From positions 1 through 58,647 of the forward strand of contig CALZRN010000001.1 of assembly GCA_945828585.1 (NCBI GenBank): 58,647 nucleotides of DNA, in the 5' to 3' direction. The first letter of the stretch is position 1, and each line of letters starts with the position of its first letter. Under the pieces are notes generated by a model. That model was not told the DNA's origin. It did not search any database and saw only the letters and a list, made by a program, of their open reading frames with translations. Of this stretch, positions 42,308-51,258 are shown one piece after another. The translations under genes were made by a program, and so were the position numbers. Origin of the DNA: an uncultured Bacteroidales bacterium. GTDB taxonomy: Bacteria; Bacteroidota; Bacteroidia; Bacteroidales; Paludibacteraceae.

Positions 42308-43998
42308 TACTTAACGATTGCTTGGAACTCAGCGTCCTCTGCGAACTTAGCGAACTCGATGTCCTTCGCAGCGCGAGCTTTAAGCTGAGCATCCTGAGCT
42401 ACAGCAGCCTTGAGGTTCTCGATCACAGCAGCTTTGTCGTTCGTGCGAGCGCCTACGACAGCTTTCAGATAAGCGGTAGTAGCGTTCGGCTCCTTGATAT
42501 TAGCCAGCGTCTTTGCAGCAGCTGCATAGTCCTCGTCAAGGATCTGCTGAACAGCAGCGTTGTTGGTAGCGGTCTCGCCGTAAGCTTTCTTTGCTGCAGC
42601 GTAGTCACCCTTCTTCGTGTAGAGGGTACCGAGAGCCGCATTCAGGTTAGCCTTCGTGCCGGCTGCCTTGCCAAAGAACGCCTCTGCCTTGTCCAGGTCG
42701 TTGTCTGCCAGAGCAGCTACACCGGCGTTGAAGTTCACGTCCGGATCGTTCGGCTGGATATCCAGAGCCTTTGCATAGCAACGGCGAGCCTCAGCGATAT
42801 TACCCTCCTCGAAGTAGAGTTGGCCGAGGTTGTTATATGCGCGGTAGTCGTTATAGATCTCAGCAGCCTTCTGATAGAGGGCTTTCTTCTCTGCCTTGTC
42901 GTTGGTCAAAGTAGCAGCGTACAACAACTCCTCAACGCTCAGCTGAGCCGGGTCGTTCTTGGCGATCTCGCGGATCTCGTCGTCGCTCTTACCAATCAGG
43001 TCGGTCGTCAGGATCAGGCGGCTGCGACGGAGAGCCGGCAGGATCTCCTCTGCGATAGTGCCATATACAGAACTCAGGTTCTTGATCTGTGCCTCACGCT
43101 CCTCCGGATCGCTGTACATCGACAGCACGCGAAGTACGAGGTCCTTATCCTGCATGTTGCTGTTTTCCATTGCTTTCTGGAAGCCTTCCCAGTCCTCAGC
43201 GGTGATATTAGCCTCTACATCGTTAGCTACTTTGTTCTTCTTGAGGGCTTTCTTTAGGAAGTTAGCAGCTGCTTTCTGACGGTTCTGAGCCAGTTTCTCG
43301 TTCAGATCCATACCACCATCCGGAGATGCGTAACCGGAAACCTCAATCTTATTGATCTCTTTCTTCTCGTTGTCTTTAGCATCCTTGATAGCAGCCTGCA
43401 GCGCCTTTACGCTCTCGCTCTTGGTCTCCGACGAACGGAGCGATGCGCTTTGGATGAGGAACTTAATGTCAGCCTCGGTCAACTCTTGGATCACGCGTTG
43501 GAACTTATCCGGCGTGCAAGCCGTCTTATTGTCTTTTGCGTCTGCCAACTCCGGAGTGGAAACTACGCCGTCAGCAATCTTTACATCAGGGATCTCAATC
43601 ACTTTCTTTCCTACCTTTGCCTCAAAACGCAGATAGAGCTCCGAAACGCGCATCTCAGGTACATAGTCGAACGAGCAAGTCTGGGTATATTTACCACCAT
43701 TACGATAGTTCACGGTCTTACCATTCTCTTTTGCCTTCTCACCTACGTAGGTTACAGGCTCTCCTACTGCTTCCTTGCCGGCATATTTTAGCACCGGAGT
43801 TACAGTCAGTACACCTTTCTTAGCGAATTTCTTTTGAGGGAAAGTACCGGTAATCTCTGCGTTTACCTTACCGCCTTTCAGTACCAGCGGACTCGGATTA
43901 ACGGTGATCTCATCGGGTTTTTGCAACGTCTTGTTGCACGATGCCAACATTACTACAGCAGCAATGAGGCCGAGAAATAAACCTTTTTTCATATGCAT
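42307..43998 (-). CDS. TPR-repeat lipoprotein with OmpA-like segment
   Basis: Lipobox LASC. A central GYASPDGGMDLNEKLAQNRQKAA resembles the OmpA-like motif. The C-terminus holds TPR-like repeats. Confidence 0.65.
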   Translation of the reverse strand: MHMKKGLFLGLIAAVVMLASCNKTLQKPDEITVNPSPLVLKGGKVNAEITGTFPQKKFAKKGVLTVTPVLKYAGKEAVGEPVTYVGEKAKENGKTVNYRNGGKYTQTCSFDYVPEMRVSELYLRFEAKVGKKVIEIPDVKIADGVVSTPELADAKDNKTACTPDKFQRVIQELTEADIKFLIQSASLRSSETKSESVKALQAAIKDAKDNEKKEINKIEVSGYASPDGGMDLNEKLAQNRQKAAANFLKKALKKNKVANDVEANITAEDWEGFQKAMENSNMQDKDLVLRVLSMYSDPEEREAQIKNLSSVYGTIAEEILPALRRSRLILTTDLIGKSDDEIREIAKNDPAQLSVEELLYAATLTNDKAEKKALYQKAAEIYNDYRAYNNLGQLYFEEGNIAEARRCYAKALDIQPNDPDVNFNAGVAALADNDLDKAEAFFGKAAGTKANLNAALGTLYTKKGDYAAAKKAYGETATNNAAVQQILDEDYAAAAKTLANIKEPNATTAYLKAVVGARTNDKAAVIENLKAAVAQDAQLKARAAKDIEFAKFAEDAEFQAIVK

Positions 43999-44094
43999 AT
44001 AAATTAGTTAATTTATGTATATTTTCAAAATTCGCTGCAAAATTAGTAAAAAAAAATGATATACACAAGAGCACACGATACTTTTTGCGATTTT

Positions 44095-44130
44095 TCTTGC
44101 TTAATTCAGAAAAAAGCAGTAAATTTGCAG
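44095..44130 (+). promoter_or_regulatory. Bacteroidota-type promoter
   Basis: CTTGCTTAATTCAGAAAAAAGCAGTAAATTTGCAG, with the -7 box at 44120-44127. Confidence 0.65.
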
Positions 44131-44135
44131 CCGAT

Positions 44136-44624
44136 ATGAGACAGTACACCTTATTATTTATCTTTATTATAGGGATGGTATCGGGATGCCACCGGCCGTC
44201 GAAAGTGGAGCAACATAGGGCCGAGAAACGTGCCCAAGATAGCGTGCGATTGGAGGAGCAGATACGCAGTCTGGCATTCTACGAGAGCCAGCTCGAAGTG
44301 ATGGGTCCGAAAGCCGACAGCCTGCTCGCGCTCTTCTCCTACGAGCGAAACGAGAAATACCAGGACCACGGCTTCTACGTCGTCAAAAACACCTGGCTGC
44401 GGGCGCGGGACTATCGGATACTCGTCCGGGACGACGGAAGGGAGATACTGACCTACCGTAACGGAAAACGCATAGAGCCCGCCGCGGATCCCAAATTTGA
44501 GGAGGCTTACCGGCAGGCAGAGGAGCTCCAAGTGACCATAAAAGACATCAAGGAGCTGGAAAAACGCATCTATCGAACCTCTTTGGAGGTACAAAAATAC
44601 CAAAAACGGTTACAAAACGAATAA
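44136..44624 (+). CDS. hypothetical lipoprotein
   Basis: Start set at MRQYTLLFIFIIGMVSGC (lipobox), downstream of the promoter. The rest is charged and helical. Confidence 0.6.
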   Translation: MRQYTLLFIFIIGMVSGCHRPSKVEQHRAEKRAQDSVRLEEQIRSLAFYESQLEVMGPKADSLLALFSYERNEKYQDHGFYVVKNTWLRARDYRILVRDDGREILTYRNGKRIEPAADPKFEEAYRQAEELQVTIKDIKELEKRIYRTSLEVQKYQKRLQNE

Positions 44625-44627
44625 TCT

Positions 44628-44663
44628 TCTTGCAAGATTCAAAAAAAAGCAGTAAATTTGCAG
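44628..44663 (+). promoter_or_regulatory. Bacteroidota-type promoter
   Basis: CTTGCAAGATTCAAAAAAAAGCAGTAAATTTGCAG, with the -7 box at 44653-44660. Confidence 0.65.
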
Positions 44664-44683
44664 GCGTAAAATTTCAAAAGATC

Positions 44684-45115
44684 ATGAGCGAATCGAAATA
44701 CGAAAGTAAAATAACCTCTTCTTCATGCTCTGCAGCGCAGATATACAAGGTCATCAGCGACATGCAGAACCTGGAGAAAGTGAAGAACCTCATCCCGCAG
44801 GATAAGATCCAGGAGATGGAGATTGAACCCGACCGTGTGCGTATGAAAGTGGACGGATTAGGTCAGAAGATCACCATCGCCATCGTGGACCGCATCGAGA
44901 ACGACACGGTAAAATTCGGTCTTGAAGGCATTCCGATGGACGGTAATTTCTGGATCCAACTCAAAGAGGTGAGCCCGACCGACACGCGAATCAGGCTTAC
45001 CGTCAAGGCGGACATCCCGATGATGTTCAAGTTTATGATAGAGAAAAAATTGCAACAAGGCCTGGATCAGGCGGCTGACATGCTGGCTCAGTTCCCTTAT
45101 AGCCAGTGGAATTAA
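44684..45115 (+). CDS. SRPBCC-like small protein
   Basis: 143 aa starting at MSESKYESK after the promoter. The fold-level call is weak. Confidence 0.5.
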   Translation: MSESKYESKITSSSCSAAQIYKVISDMQNLEKVKNLIPQDKIQEMEIEPDRVRMKVDGLGQKITIAIVDRIENDTVKFGLEGIPMDGNFWIQLKEVSPTDTRIRLTVKADIPMMFKFMIEKKLQQGLDQAADMLAQFPYSQWN

Positions 45116-45125
45116 TCATATCATT

Positions 45126-45797
45126 ATGAAAAGACCAAGAATCCACAGAGAAGGACGCAACATGATTATCATCATCGTGTTGCTCTTGTTTATCATCAAC
45201 ATCCCGGTGTACATGTATTTCTCCCATTGGGTGTTCGGCGTGACGCTGATTCTTACAGCCACGTTACTGGTGTTCGTCACCTATTTCTTCCGTAACCCCG
45301 TACGAGTGCTGGAGATAGATGATCCGAACTTCATCATCGCCCCCGCAGACGGTCGCGTAGTGGTCGTCGAGCCTACGGACGAGAACGAGTATTTCCATGA
45401 GAAGAAGTTGCAGGTGTCCATCTTCATGTCGCCTTTCAACGTCCATGCCAACTGGTACCCCATAGAGGGAAATATCCTCGTCTCCGAGCATCAGAAAGGC
45501 CATCACAAAGGTGCATGGTTGCCTAAGTCCAGCACCGAGAACGAGCGCTCGCTCGTCGTCATCGAGACGCCTTCGAAAATCCAGATCGCCGTGCGGCAGA
45601 TCGCCGGAGCCATGGCACGACGCATCGTCACCTACGCCAAGCCCGGACATCAGGCGCATCGCAACACCCATCTCGGTTTTATCAAACTCGGTAGCCGCGT
45701 GGACATGTACCTACCGCTCGATACGGAGATGTTCGTCACCGTCGGAGAAGCCGTGCGCGGTAATGAGACCATCTTAGGACGCCTCGCCGAGAAATAA
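45126..45797 (+). CDS. psd: phosphatidylserine decarboxylase family protein (short, housekeeping type)
   Basis: 223 aa with N-terminal TM segments, APADGRVV and the FIKLGSRVDMYLP self-processing-type motif. Confidence 0.85.
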   Translation: MKRPRIHREGRNMIIIIVLLLFIINIPVYMYFSHWVFGVTLILTATLLVFVTYFFRNPVRVLEIDDPNFIIAPADGRVVVVEPTDENEYFHEKKLQVSIFMSPFNVHANWYPIEGNILVSEHQKGHHKGAWLPKSSTENERSLVVIETPSKIQIAVRQIAGAMARRIVTYAKPGHQAHRNTHLGFIKLGSRVDMYLPLDTEMFVTVGEAVRGNETILGRLAEK

Positions 45798-45835
45798 TCC
45801 CCTAATCCCCTAACCCGTTAAACCGTCAAATCATC
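45797..45835. repeat. CCCCTAA/CCGTTAAA word repeat between psd and deoC
   Basis: aatcccctaatcccctaacccgttaaaccgtcaaatcatc ends at the deoC ATG. Confidence 0.85.
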
Positions 45836-46717
45836 ATGAATAAGTTTGAAGAATTATTTGCGCAGTACCCCTGCCCGTTTACCGATGAGCAGGTAAAAGC
45901 GCAGGTGGCAGAGATCGAAGCTGCCCATTTTGCAGAGAATAATAACGTAGAAGTATGGAAAGAGTGCCTCCACCAGATTGATTACACGACCCTCTCCGCC
46001 GATGACACCATCGCCAAAGTGGAGAAAATGGCGAATGCGGTCAATAACTTCGAGAAGGACTTCCCCGGAATCCCGAACGTAGCGGCTATCTGCGTGTATC
46101 CCGCCATGGCGGAGTACGTGCGCAAAGCCCTCAACGATCCGAAATTCAATATCGCTTGCGTCAGCGGTGGGTTCCCTGCTTCGCAGACCTTCCTCGAGGT
46201 CAAAGTGGCTGAGACCGCGATGGCCATCAAAGCCGGAGCTACGGAGATAGATATCGTACTCTCCGTTGGTAAGTTCCTCGAAGGCAACTACCAGGAGTGC
46301 TTCGATGAGATCAGCGAACTCAAAGCCGTCTGCGGCGACAAACACCTCAAGGTCATTCTCGAGACAGGACTCCTCAAGACCGCAGAGAACATCTGGAAAG
46401 CATCCATCCTCTCCATGGCTGCAGGTGGTGATTTCATCAAGACTTCAACCGGTAAGATCGCCGTTAACGCGACCCCCGAAGCAACTTTCGTCATGTGTCA
46501 CGCCATCAAAGCTTGGCAGGAGAAAACCGGAGAGAAGAAGTGCTACAAGCCTGCAGGAGGTGTCTCCACAACCGAAGAGGCTGTACAACACTATACCCTC
46601 GTCAAGGAGATCCTCGGCGAAGAATGGCTCAACAACGAGTCCTTCCGCTTTGGTGCTTCACGATTAGCCAATAATTTACTCTCCTCCATCGTAGGAAAAG
46701 AGACGAAATATTTCTAA
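45836..46717 (+). CDS. deoC: deoxyribose-phosphate aldolase (long form)
   Basis: 293 aa with a DeoC-type barrel. FIKTSTGK holds the Schiff-base Lys. Confidence 0.82.
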   Translation: MNKFEELFAQYPCPFTDEQVKAQVAEIEAAHFAENNNVEVWKECLHQIDYTTLSADDTIAKVEKMANAVNNFEKDFPGIPNVAAICVYPAMAEYVRKALNDPKFNIACVSGGFPASQTFLEVKVAETAMAIKAGATEIDIVLSVGKFLEGNYQECFDEISELKAVCGDKHLKVILETGLLKTAENIWKASILSMAAGGDFIKTSTGKIAVNATPEATFVMCHAIKAWQEKTGEKKCYKPAGGVSTTEEAVQHYTLVKEILGEEWLNNESFRFGASRLANNLLSSIVGKETKYF

Positions 46718-46718
46718 T

Positions 46719-49058
46719 ATGAATAAAATCCTTTCTAAGAGATTTTTCTCGGAAAATGTAGCGGAGCTGATTGTTGAGGCTCCGCTCATTGCGCGTAGCC
46801 GTAGAGCCGGACATTTTGTCATTATTCGTGTCGATGACCACTCCGAGCGTGTCCCTCTGACCATCGCCGGAGCCGACATCGAAAAAGGAACCATCACCCT
46901 CGTGGTACAACAGGTGGGCGCTTCGACCCATAAACTCCTCGCCATGAACCCCGGCGATTGTATCCACGACGTAGTCGGTCCGCTCGGACGCGCCACACGT
47001 ATAGAGAAGTACGGTACGGTCGTTTGTGCCTGCGGTGGAGTCGGCGCTGCGCCGATGTTACCTATCGCCGAGGCACTCAAGAAAGCCGGAAACAAAGTCA
47101 TCACCGTCCTTGCGGCGCGTAACAAAGATCTCATCATTCTGAAGGATGAACTATCTAAGTGGTCCGACGAACTGATCGTCATGACCGACGATGGATCCAT
47201 GGGCAAACAAGGTGTCGTAACCGTCGGCGTCGAAGAAGTGATCAACCGCGAGACCGTCAACAAATGTATCACCATCGGTCCGGCGATCATGATGAAGTTT
47301 GTCGCCCTCACGACCGCCAAATATAACATCCCGACCGAGGCTTCCCTCAACACCATCATGGTCGATGGAACCGGCATGTGCGGCGCTTGCCGCGTTACCG
47401 TAGGAGGAAAAACCAAGTTCGTCTGTGTTGATGGACCGGAGTTTGATGCCCATGAGGTGGACTGGACTGAGATGCTCTCTCGCATGAAGTCCTACAAAGC
47501 CGAAGAAGCCGAAGCGCTTACTGCATATTTAAACCCCAAAAACGACAGTCGAACGACGGTCAACCGACGGTCAACCGACGGTCAAAGCCTATGTAAGACC
47601 GAGGTAAGACCGGTAGAACCTTTCGCCGGTACCCCCAAAGACCGCGTAGCGATTCCCCGTGTGCAGATGCCGGAACTCCGTCCGGAGGTACGCGTCAAGT
47701 CCCTGCACGAGGAGGTCAACCAGGGTCTGACCTTCGAACAAGCTATCACGGAGTCCCATCGTTGCCTCAACTGCAAGAACCCCTCTTGCGTACAGGGTTG
47801 TCCGGTGAACATCAATATCCCCGGTTTCATCAAGACCCTGGAGAAAGGCGATATCCTCGGTGCTGCAGCGATCATCAAAGAGTCATCCTCCCTGCCCGCT
47901 GTCTGCGGTCGTGTCTGTCCGCAGGAGAAACAATGCGAGGCAAATTGTATCCACCATAAGATGGGTCATCAGCCTGTCGCCATCGGCTACCTCGAGCGTT
48001 TCTGCGCCGACTACGCAAATGGTCTGTCAGCGGAGCGGTCTGTCAGCAATAGCGGTCTGTCAGGCGAAGCCGGTCTGTCAGTGAAGCGGTCTAAGATTGC
48101 GGTGGTTGGTAGTGGTCCTGCCGGACTTACCTTCGCAGGCGATGCAGCCAAATACGGATACGAAGTGCACGTCTTCGAAGCCCTGCACGAGATCGGCGGT
48201 GTACTCAAATACGGCATCCCGGAGTTCCGTCTGCCGAACGCGATCGTCGATAAAGAGATCGACGGCCTGCGTGCCCTCGGTGTACAGTTCCATACGGACA
48301 CGATCATCGGCAAGACCATCTCTGTCAAGGAACTCGAAGAGCAAGGCTTCAAGGGTATCTTCGTCGGCTCGGGAGCAGGTCTGCCGCGATTCATGAATAT
48401 CCCCGGAGAGAACCTCAACGGCGTCCTCTCCTGCAACGAATACCTGACCCGCGTCAACCTTATGGACGCTTCCAACCCTGCGACCGATACTCCGCTGCTC
48501 TATGGTAAGAACGTAGCGGTCATCGGTGGTGGAAACACCGCCATGGATGCCGTTCGTACCGCCAAAAGGCTCGGTGCCGAGCGGGCGATAATCATCTACC
48601 GCCGCTCCGAAGAAGAGATGCCGGCGCGTATCGAAGAGGTGCATCATGCCAAACAAGAAGGGATCGAGTTCCTGACTCTCCATAACCCCATTGAGTACCA
48701 TGCTGATGAGAACGGACGTGTCTGTGAAGCCGTCCTTCAGGTGATGGAACTCGGCGAACCCGATGAGTCCGGACGTCGCTGCCCGGTGCCCGTAGAAGGC
48801 AAGACCGTCACGCTCCCCGTGGATCTCGTGATCGTCGCAGTAGGCGTCTCCCCGAACCCGCTCATCCCTTCGTCCGTCGAAGGACTCGAGATCAGCAAGA
48901 AAGGTACGATCGTCGTCAATGAAGGGATGCAATCTGCTCTTCCGATGCTCTTCGCCGGAGGCGATATAGTCCGCGGTGGAGCCACCGTCATCCTCGCGAT
49001 GTCCGATGGCCGCAAAGCCGCCAAAGCAATGCACGAGTATTTAAATCATAAATCATAA
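46719..49058 (+). CDS. fusion of PyrK-like FAD/NAD(P)/2Fe-2S electron-transfer subunit and GltD-like NADPH-dependent glutamate synthase small chain
   Basis: The N-terminal part is a ferredoxin-reductase fold with CGACRVTV...CVDGP. The C-terminal part has the 4Fe-4S motif CLNCKNPSCVQGCP and VVGSGPAGL/VIGGGNTAMD Rossmann motifs. Confidence 0.85.
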   Translation: MNKILSKRFFSENVAELIVEAPLIARSRRAGHFVIIRVDDHSERVPLTIAGADIEKGTITLVVQQVGASTHKLLAMNPGDCIHDVVGPLGRATRIEKYGTVVCACGGVGAAPMLPIAEALKKAGNKVITVLAARNKDLIILKDELSKWSDELIVMTDDGSMGKQGVVTVGVEEVINRETVNKCITIGPAIMMKFVALTTAKYNIPTEASLNTIMVDGTGMCGACRVTVGGKTKFVCVDGPEFDAHEVDWTEMLSRMKSYKAEEAEALTAYLNPKNDSRTTVNRRSTDGQSLCKTEVRPVEPFAGTPKDRVAIPRVQMPELRPEVRVKSLHEEVNQGLTFEQAITESHRCLNCKNPSCVQGCPVNINIPGFIKTLEKGDILGAAAIIKESSSLPAVCGRVCPQEKQCEANCIHHKMGHQPVAIGYLERFCADYANGLSAERSVSNSGLSGEAGLSVKRSKIAVVGSGPAGLTFAGDAAKYGYEVHVFEALHEIGGVLKYGIPEFRLPNAIVDKEIDGLRALGVQFHTDTIIGKTISVKELEEQGFKGIFVGSGAGLPRFMNIPGENLNGVLSCNEYLTRVNLMDASNPATDTPLLYGKNVAVIGGGNTAMDAVRTAKRLGAERAIIIYRRSEEEMPARIEEVHHAKQEGIEFLTLHNPIEYHADENGRVCEAVLQVMELGEPDESGRRCPVPVEGKTVTLPVDLVIVAVGVSPNPLIPSSVEGLEISKKGTIVVNEGMQSALPMLFAGGDIVRGGATVILAMSDGRKAAKAMHEYLNHKS
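47543..47587. repeat. CGACGGTCAAC 11-bp tandem repeat in the fusion linker
   Basis: cgacagtcgaacgacggtcaaccgacggtcaaccgacggtcaaag is read as NDSRTTVNRRSTDGQS. Confidence 0.9.
48021..48092. repeat. GGTCTGTCAG core repeated 4x with 6-8-nt variable spacers
   Basis: Units start at 48021, 48037, 48054 and 48072, with a partial unit at 48088. Read as GLSAERSVSNSGLSGEAGLSVKRS. Confidence 0.9.
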
Positions 49059-49075
49059 ATTTGAAATCATAAATG
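49042..49075 (+). repeat. ATCATAAAT-family element, copy 4 (stop of the fusion gene to the start of dacB)
   Basis: aaatcataaatcataaatttgaaatcataaATG encodes NHKS-stop of the upstream gene and supplies the ATG at 49073. Confidence 0.9.
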
Positions 49076-50455
49076 CACTTACTAAGTGCCATAATCCTCT
49101 CCGTCAACTTCCTGACAAGCCACCCCATTACGGGGCAGGCGAATATGTCCGTCTATGTCCAGAACATGACGACCGGCGAAGTGATCGACTCCTACCGCGA
49201 GAACCATGTGGTACCGCCCGCGTCGGTGATGAAACTGCTGACGACGGCTGCCGCACTCGAGACGATGGGACCGGGATTTCGGTTCCCGACGATCATCGAG
49301 TACACCGGCACGATTGAGAACGGTACCCTCCACGGCGACTTATACGTCCGCGGAGGATGCGACCCTTCCTTGGGATGGAAAGGCCGCACGGCGTTCCTCG
49401 ATCAATGGGTCAAGGCGATACAGAAAGCCGGCATCCAACGCATCGACGGCGGTGTAGTAGCCGACATGACGATGCTGGATGGCGAGGCGCAGAACCCGAA
49501 TTGGCTCTGCGAAGATGCCGGTAACTACTACGCACCGGGCATCTTCAGCCTCAACTATCTCGGCAACACGATGAATATCGTCCTCAAGAGCGGAGAGGTA
49601 GGTTCAACGGCTGCGGTCGTGAAGACCGAACCCGAAGTACGAGGCCTCCGATGGATCAACCATGTGCGGTGCGAGAAAATCACCTACGACGGTGCTTTTG
49701 TCACTGGTTTGCCGTACAGCAACGAACGCTACCTTACCGGCGCGGTGCCCTCTAACTTAGGCACTTTCGGCGTCAAGGGCGACCTGCCGAACCCCGGACT
49801 CTTGTTGGCGCAACATCTGCAAGCACGCTTAGCCGCAGCGGGTATCTCCGTCAAACGCGAAGCGACTTACATGGCAGATTATAACCCCTTGACCCCGCCT
49901 CGGACGGAACTATACACCCATTATTCCGAACCCCTGTCGGAGATCATCAAGGAGACGAATGTTAACTCGAATAACCTCTACGCCGAGTCGCTCTTCCGAT
50001 ACTTAGGTACGCGTTATACCCTGCCCGGCACCATCCATAACAGCCAGGACTTGCTGCGCGACTACTGGCGTCGCCGCGGAGTCCCTGTGCAGAACGCGAT
50101 CATCAAAGACGGTTGCGGTCTCGCGCCGCAGGATGCCGTCAGCGCCAAAGCGTTTGTGCAGCTGCTCAGCATCATGTCCAAGAGTCCGAACAAAGAGGCA
50201 TGGATAGCTTCGCTGCCGATAAGCGGAAAGACAGGTACGCTGAAGTCCCTTTGTCCCGGTACACCGCTGGAAGGACGCATCCACGCCAAGAGCGGTACCA
50301 TCGCCGGAACGAAGAATTTTGCAGGCTACATCGACATGCCTAACGGCGATACCTGGGTCTTCGCGATCCTCATCAACTCCGCGCCCGGCAAGGCTCGTAA
50401 CATCCAAACGGTCATCCAACAATACCTGCTCGATGTATATAAGCACCACCTATAG
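49073..50455 (+). CDS. dacB: D-alanyl-D-alanine carboxypeptidase/endopeptidase (PBP4, peptidase S13)
   Basis: 460 aa with PASVMKL (SxxK), a YSNERYL-region SxN-like motif and KSGT(IAG). Confidence 0.85.
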   Translation: MHLLSAIILSVNFLTSHPITGQANMSVYVQNMTTGEVIDSYRENHVVPPASVMKLLTTAAALETMGPGFRFPTIIEYTGTIENGTLHGDLYVRGGCDPSLGWKGRTAFLDQWVKAIQKAGIQRIDGGVVADMTMLDGEAQNPNWLCEDAGNYYAPGIFSLNYLGNTMNIVLKSGEVGSTAAVVKTEPEVRGLRWINHVRCEKITYDGAFVTGLPYSNERYLTGAVPSNLGTFGVKGDLPNPGLLLAQHLQARLAAAGISVKREATYMADYNPLTPPRTELYTHYSEPLSEIIKETNVNSNNLYAESLFRYLGTRYTLPGTIHNSQDLLRDYWRRRGVPVQNAIIKDGCGLAPQDAVSAKAFVQLLSIMSKSPNKEAWIASLPISGKTGTLKSLCPGTPLEGRIHAKSGTIAGTKNFAGYIDMPNGDTWVFAILINSAPGKARNIQTVIQQYLLDVYKHHL

Positions 50456-51218
50456 TACCAACACCCTGCTAAAAGAACTGCTGGCGAAGGGCGAATGGCG
50501 GGAAGGCGAGCGCTTTCTGTACACTGCCTTCCAGACCGCAGGACGCGGACAGGCCGGCAACGGATGGGAGAGCGAAGAAGGAAAGAACCTGCTCTGCTCG
50601 GTGTTAATGAACTATCAGCCGTCAGCCATCAGCCGTCAGCCTTTTTATCTCAACGTCCTCGTCTCCGTCGCAGTCCACAAGGTAATTCGGTCTTTGCTCT
50701 TTGAGCGGAGCGGTCTTTGCTCTTTGAGCGAAGCGGTCTCAATAAAGTGGCCCAACGACATCTACTACGGAGACAAGAAGATCGCCGGCATCCTTGTCGA
50801 GAACGCGATCCTCGGAAACGAAGTAAAATACTCGATTGCGGGTATAGGACTGAACGTCAACCAGACGACTTTCCTCTCCTCCGCGCCGAACCCTGTCTCG
50901 CTTAAGCTCATCAGCGGCAAAGAGACGGACATCGACACCTTGATGCAGGCGCTGATGGCGCAGATAGAGGCCCTCGAAGCAATGGACGAAGCGCAGGTAT
51001 GGGCGTACTACCGAGACCACCTCTACCGACGCGAAGGCTTCTGGCCCTTCGTCGAGCGAGAGGTATCTACCGCACCTACGATGAATGCGGAGAAAGGAGC
51101 AGAAGGCATCTTCCTCGCGAAGATAGAGAATGTGCGGACAAACGGAGAGATAGAACTTCGTGACCAAAACGGCAACCTGCGTATCTACCACTTCAAGCAA
51201 GTGCGGTACGTACTATAA
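50433..51218 (+). CDS. birA: biotin--[acetyl-CoA-carboxylase] ligase
   Basis: Start set at MYISTTYSTNTLL. GRGQAGNGWES and KWPNDIYY motifs are present. Contains two in-frame word-repeat tracts. Confidence 0.8.
   Translation: MYISTTYSTNTLLKELLAKGEWREGERFLYTAFQTAGRGQAGNGWESEEGKNLLCSVLMNYQPSAISRQPFYLNVLVSVAVHKVIRSLLFERSGLCSLSEAVSIKWPNDIYYGDKKIAGILVENAILGNEVKYSIAGIGLNVNQTTFLSSAPNPVSLKLISGKETDIDTLMQALMAQIEALEAMDEAQVWAYYRDHLYRREGFWPFVEREVSTAPTMNAEKGAEGIFLAKIENVRTNGEIELRDQNGNLRIYHFKQVRYVL
50614..50641. repeat. CAGCCGT 7-bp tandem repeat inside birA
   Basis: atcagccgtcagccatcagccgtcagcc is read as QPSAISRQP. Confidence 0.9.
50688..50740. repeat. CGGTCTTTGCTCTTTGAGCG(G/A)AG repeat of about 23 bp inside birA
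   Basis: Two full units plus a partial third, read as RSLLFERSGLCSLSEAVS. Shares the GCGGTCT word with 48021-48092. Confidence 0.9.
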
Positions 51219-51220
51219 CG

Positions 51221-51258
51221 ATTAATTTTTAATTCGTAATTTTTAATTTTTAATTATA
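51221..51258. repeat. TTAATTTT/CGTAAT word repeat upstream of rfbB
   Basis: attaatttttaattcgtaatttttaatttttaattata ends at the ATG at 51259. Confidence 0.85.
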
